IMG/VR virus record: IMGVR_UViG_3300042566_001780
Location: 227,688-291,687 of that record
Length of the DNA stretch: 64,000 nucleotides
Direction: 5' to 3' (one strand)
Shown piece after piece: positions 60,826 to 64,000 of the stretch. Every line of letters begins with the position of its first letter. The stretch's first letter is position 1. A program made the position numbers and the translations under genes. Below the pieces are notes generated by a model. That model was given only the letters and a program-made list of their open reading frames with translations. It made no database searches and had not been told where the DNA came from.

Positions 60826-61236
60826 ATGACTGATCAGCAAAGAGAACTTATCTTAAATGAAGCTAGTAATGCAGCTATCACATTAGATCACCAGCTTAAT
60901 AACCTGATGGATGTGTATGATTCCTTTATTGACACATCAAGCGATGATATAAATTCAATCTTATTTGAAGATTTGATCATATCAATTGAAGCTTTAAGTA
61001 TACTACCTGGATTAATTGCAATGGAATTAATTTCATGGAAATCTGGGACTTCTAGTATACCTTTGATGGAATTTGATGTAGACATTATTAATGAATTTGC
61101 TATTCATTTGAATTCGATAGTTCATTTTCTCAAATTACACAATGCTTCATTAATAGGTTTTGATAACAAAAAAGTTGACATGTCACTTATGATCATACGC
61201 ACTGCAAATCAATTGCTTGGAACAGCACGAGTCTGA
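60826..61236 (+). CDS. Hypothetical late protein
   Basis: CTAAATA at 60785-60791. Confidence 0.55.
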   Translation: MTDQQRELILNEASNAAITLDHQLNNLMDVYDSFIDTSSDDINSILFEDLIISIEALSILPGLIAMELISWKSGTSSIPLMEFDVDIINEFAIHLNSIVHFLKLHNASLIGFDNKKVDMSLMIIRTANQLLGTARV

Positions 61237-61238
61237 AA

Positions 61239-61937
61239 ATGAAATTACTCAAAGAACTTTTAGAAGGTAAACTTGAAAAGGAATCTATCTTTTCAGTTCA
61301 CATCCCAGCATTTGTTTTCAATGGGCGTGATTACCACTATGACGTAGCAAAAATCCGTGTCATGGCAACCTCAGAACAACATGCTATTGATATTGTGAAT
61401 GATCACAAGGTAGATGTCATTCGATTTTTGACATCACAACGATCTTCTCCATCAAATAAAAAGCTGATTGATCCAAAGAAGCAGGTTAAGGACGCAATCG
61501 TTTTCAAGCCATCTTATTTTGCTAAGAAGACATCAATTGTTCACAGCAAGTCAGTGCTCACTGATCATGGTGGATTCAAAACAATTCATTTGACTAATGC
61601 TTTGACTGAAGCACTTGACGATAGATTGTTGACAGCTGCAAGCTATGCATTCACTTTAGTTAAGAACTCTAGAGAAGGCATTGGCAATCAAGTTGATGAA
61701 CCAACTTTTATTGGTAATAACACTATGGAATTCGGTATTCGCGATTTCGGGCAATGGGAAATGTCGGAAGGCGAAGAAGATGATGGTGATTATGATTGGA
61801 TGGTGCCAAAAGAATCTACAATTGCTAAGTTGAAAGCTTATCTTGAAACAGCAAAAAAGCATCATCCAGTCATAGAATACGATTTTCATATTGGTGAAAA
61901 ATCGTGGATCTATGTTTCAATCAAATTAGTGGGTTGA
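61239..61937 (+). CDS. Hypothetical late protein with capsid-targeting-like leader
   Basis: Starts MKLLKELLE; internal ALTE. Confidence 0.6.
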   Translation: MKLLKELLEGKLEKESIFSVHIPAFVFNGRDYHYDVAKIRVMATSEQHAIDIVNDHKVDVIRFLTSQRSSPSNKKLIDPKKQVKDAIVFKPSYFAKKTSIVHSKSVLTDHGGFKTIHLTNALTEALDDRLLTAASYAFTLVKNSREGIGNQVDEPTFIGNNTMEFGIRDFGQWEMSEGEEDDGDYDWMVPKESTIAKLKAYLETAKKHHPVIEYDFHIGEKSWIYVSIKLVG

Positions 61938-61991
61938 AAAAGCATTAACTTTTAGTTAGAATAGAACCATCTATGTCAAAAGGATGGTTCT

Positions 61992-62774
61992 ATGGAAAAA
62001 AGTTCACACGATTCCCTCGGCGATCGGATGAAAGCTTATGAAGCTGCATCAACCGATCGATATGCAGTTAAGGGACACCCGCTCATTGCACGACTTGATG
62101 GTCGTAGCTTTCACACCTACACCAAAGGTTTTCACCGACCATATGACATCAACCTGTCGTCGCTTATGATAGGTTTAGCATCTGCACTAGTTGAGGAATT
62201 CCATGCAAATGTTGGATATGTCCAATCTGATGAAATTTCTCTGATGTGGTATGTAGCAGAAGACGCCTTACAAGAATATCCATTTGCTGGCCGTTTCCAA
62301 AAACTCGATTCTGTACTTGCGAGTTTTGCTGGTGCTTGGTTCAACCGCCGGTCAAACATTCTCAAGATCAAAGAAGATCAACTTGCTACTTTTGACTGTA
62401 GGTCCTTCAATGTACCTTCTAAAGATGAGGCGCTCAATATCTTTAAGTGGAGGCAGTGGGATTGTAGGAAAAACGCTGTGAGTATGGCTGCTCACACTTA
62501 CTATTCTGCAAAATTCTTGCATGGTATGAAACGCGATGAGATGATCTTTCTTTTGAAAGACGAAGTTCATGTAGATTTTGACAAGTATCCAGAATTTTTC
62601 AAAGATGGCACTTTTGTGAAAAAAGTTCAGGTAGAACGCCACTTGACTCCAGAAGAATGTGATAAAATTCCTCTTGAACATCGACCTACTGGTCCTGTGA
62701 TGAGGTCAGAAATGAAGACCTTCTATGTGGACAGTGGTCAAAAAGAAGATTTTGAGAAATTCATTTTTGGCTGA
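61992..62774 (+). CDS. tRNA(His) guanylyltransferase Thg1-like protein
   Basis: RMKAYE, ARLDGRSFH, YVQSDEISL, FDCR, WRQ.DC.KNA. Confidence 0.92.
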   Translation: MEKSSHDSLGDRMKAYEAASTDRYAVKGHPLIARLDGRSFHTYTKGFHRPYDINLSSLMIGLASALVEEFHANVGYVQSDEISLMWYVAEDALQEYPFAGRFQKLDSVLASFAGAWFNRRSNILKIKEDQLATFDCRSFNVPSKDEALNIFKWRQWDCRKNAVSMAAHTYYSAKFLHGMKRDEMIFLLKDEVHVDFDKYPEFFKDGTFVKKVQVERHLTPEECDKIPLEHRPTGPVMRSEMKTFYVDSGQKEDFEKFIFG

Positions 62775-62776
62775 AA

Positions 62777-63577
62777 ATGCAAAAGCAACTGTTGATTGGG
62801 TCAGTGGCCGCTTACCATTGGCTTAGTGGTAAAGTTGAATATCGTGCACCACGTGACATCGATATTTTGACTCCAGCCTCAATCAGCAGTAGTTCGCGTC
62901 ATATTTGTAACATTGAAACTCAGTGGCATGATCTTGCTGAGGAAATTATTGAGACATCAAGGGACAAAGTCTTTTGTGATCTTGATTTGCTGTATACACT
63001 AAAAGTGTCGCATGCATATTGGGATATTCACTGGCAAAAAACTACCTTTGACATTGTCACCTTCAACCGATTTGGTGTTACAATCAACCAAGATCTTCAT
63101 GATGGTCTTGTGAAAATGTGGTCTGTTATTCATGGACCTAAGAAAGTCAATCTTAACAAAAAGGTAGATGAATTTTTCACAGAGCACGTGAAGCGTGAAT
63201 ACGATCATGAAATTTTGCATGAGCTGGTAGCATTCAACCAAAAACCAATGCATACTTTGATCAGACCAGATCTACAATCTGTTTGGGTAGATAAAGGAAT
63301 GTTTTTTGATTTGCCTTTTGAAAAGCAAATTGAAACAGCTCTTGAAGAGATGATGGTAATAGCAATTGAGCGCAGTCACTTGAGTATCAAGAGTCCTAAT
63401 CTTGTAAAAGTATCTTCACTTCATAAAGCGCATAAACTTCTTGTAACATCAATGACTAAAGGTTGGTTTGCTCAATTTTTGGTTGAAAATATTGAAAATC
63501 TTCTTGGAAATCAAACTAAGAAACGTTGTTTGGATAAAATCAATTCTGTTTTGCACCTTTTGGAAACCACATCATGA
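62777..63577 (+). CDS. Nucleotidyltransferase-like phage protein
   Basis: LIGS.A ... P.DID, LYTLKVSH, YDHE.LHE.VA. Confidence 0.6.
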   Translation: MQKQLLIGSVAAYHWLSGKVEYRAPRDIDILTPASISSSSRHICNIETQWHDLAEEIIETSRDKVFCDLDLLYTLKVSHAYWDIHWQKTTFDIVTFNRFGVTINQDLHDGLVKMWSVIHGPKKVNLNKKVDEFFTEHVKREYDHEILHELVAFNQKPMHTLIRPDLQSVWVDKGMFFDLPFEKQIETALEEMMVIAIERSHLSIKSPNLVKVSSLHKAHKLLVTSMTKGWFAQFLVENIENLLGNQTKKRCLDKINSVLHLLETTS

Positions 63578-63960
63578 TCGAAATCTCTAATCCACAATCT
63601 ATCAGCAAAGAAGCTGTCGGCATCCTAATCAATGCGCTGAACAACAAAAATTTTGATAGTTTTTGTAATGCGGCCTGGCTCAACTACTCAGCTGAGCGTC
63701 AAAACCTTGATGTGTATGATCCAGTCACAAATCGCCTGATTTTCACTGGTGAAAAAGTTCATGCATCTGGCGGTGAAGGCGATGGTGCTTCCCTTGAGAT
63801 TGTTTTTGAATGCAAGAAAATCAATGAAGATTCCTCTACTGAAGAGTTCTTCTTCAAGATTGAAGGAAACTACAGCTCATGGGCCGATAATGGCTATGAG
63901 CGCACTATCACTATTGTGAAACCTGAGCCCCGTACTGTAATTTTTTACGAACCTGCCTGA
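63574..63960 (+). CDS. Hypothetical protein
   Basis: GGEGDG ... G.YSSW motif; coupled to the upstream gene. Confidence 0.6.
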   Translation: MIEISNPQSISKEAVGILINALNNKNFDSFCNAAWLNYSAERQNLDVYDPVTNRLIFTGEKVHASGGEGDGASLEIVFECKKINEDSSTEEFFFKIEGNYSSWADNGYERTITIVKPEPRTVIFYEPA

Positions 63961-64000
63961 AAGGAAAATTCAAATGTCTACTTTGCTTGAAATTCTGAAA

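Noticed and set aside
1-64000. tRNA or rRNA genes
   Set aside because: No cloverleaf with T-loop and D-loop consensus recognised by eye; tRNAscan-SE would be needed to exclude them fully

Overview
A 64-kb segment of a large, AT-rich lytic dsDNA phage with T4-like/jumbo myovirus organisation; a proteobacterial host is inferred. It holds two tail-fibre genes, nucleotide-metabolism genes, about 18 kb of small early/accessory ORFs, an array of 22-aa leucine-rich-repeat genes interrupted by an IS607-type element (tnpA + tnpB), type II topoisomerase genes, thyA, RNA ligase, phoH, Thg1 and several AAA ATPases. Highlights: (1) the topoisomerase large subunit is broken into three ORFs by two free-standing endonucleases. 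The first break is repaired by a split intein. The last piece needs a T4 gene 60-like ribosomal bypass of 47 nt (GGA take-off, UAG, C(UUCG)G hairpin, GAG mini-SD, GGA landing). (2) A dispersed candidate cytosine-hypermodification pathway: a dCMP hydroxymethylase/hydroxylase-like enzyme, a dNMP kinase, a putative glycosyltransferase, a pyranose-furanose mutase and a cytidylyltransferase. It may add a furanose sugar. (3) At least eight late-expressed proteins share an N-terminal MKL..L.E leader resembling the T4 capsid-targeting sequence, so they are candidate packaged/injected cargo. (4) Promoter -10 boxes repeatedly sit inside inverted repeats. All calls come from reading motifs by eye; no database searches were run.
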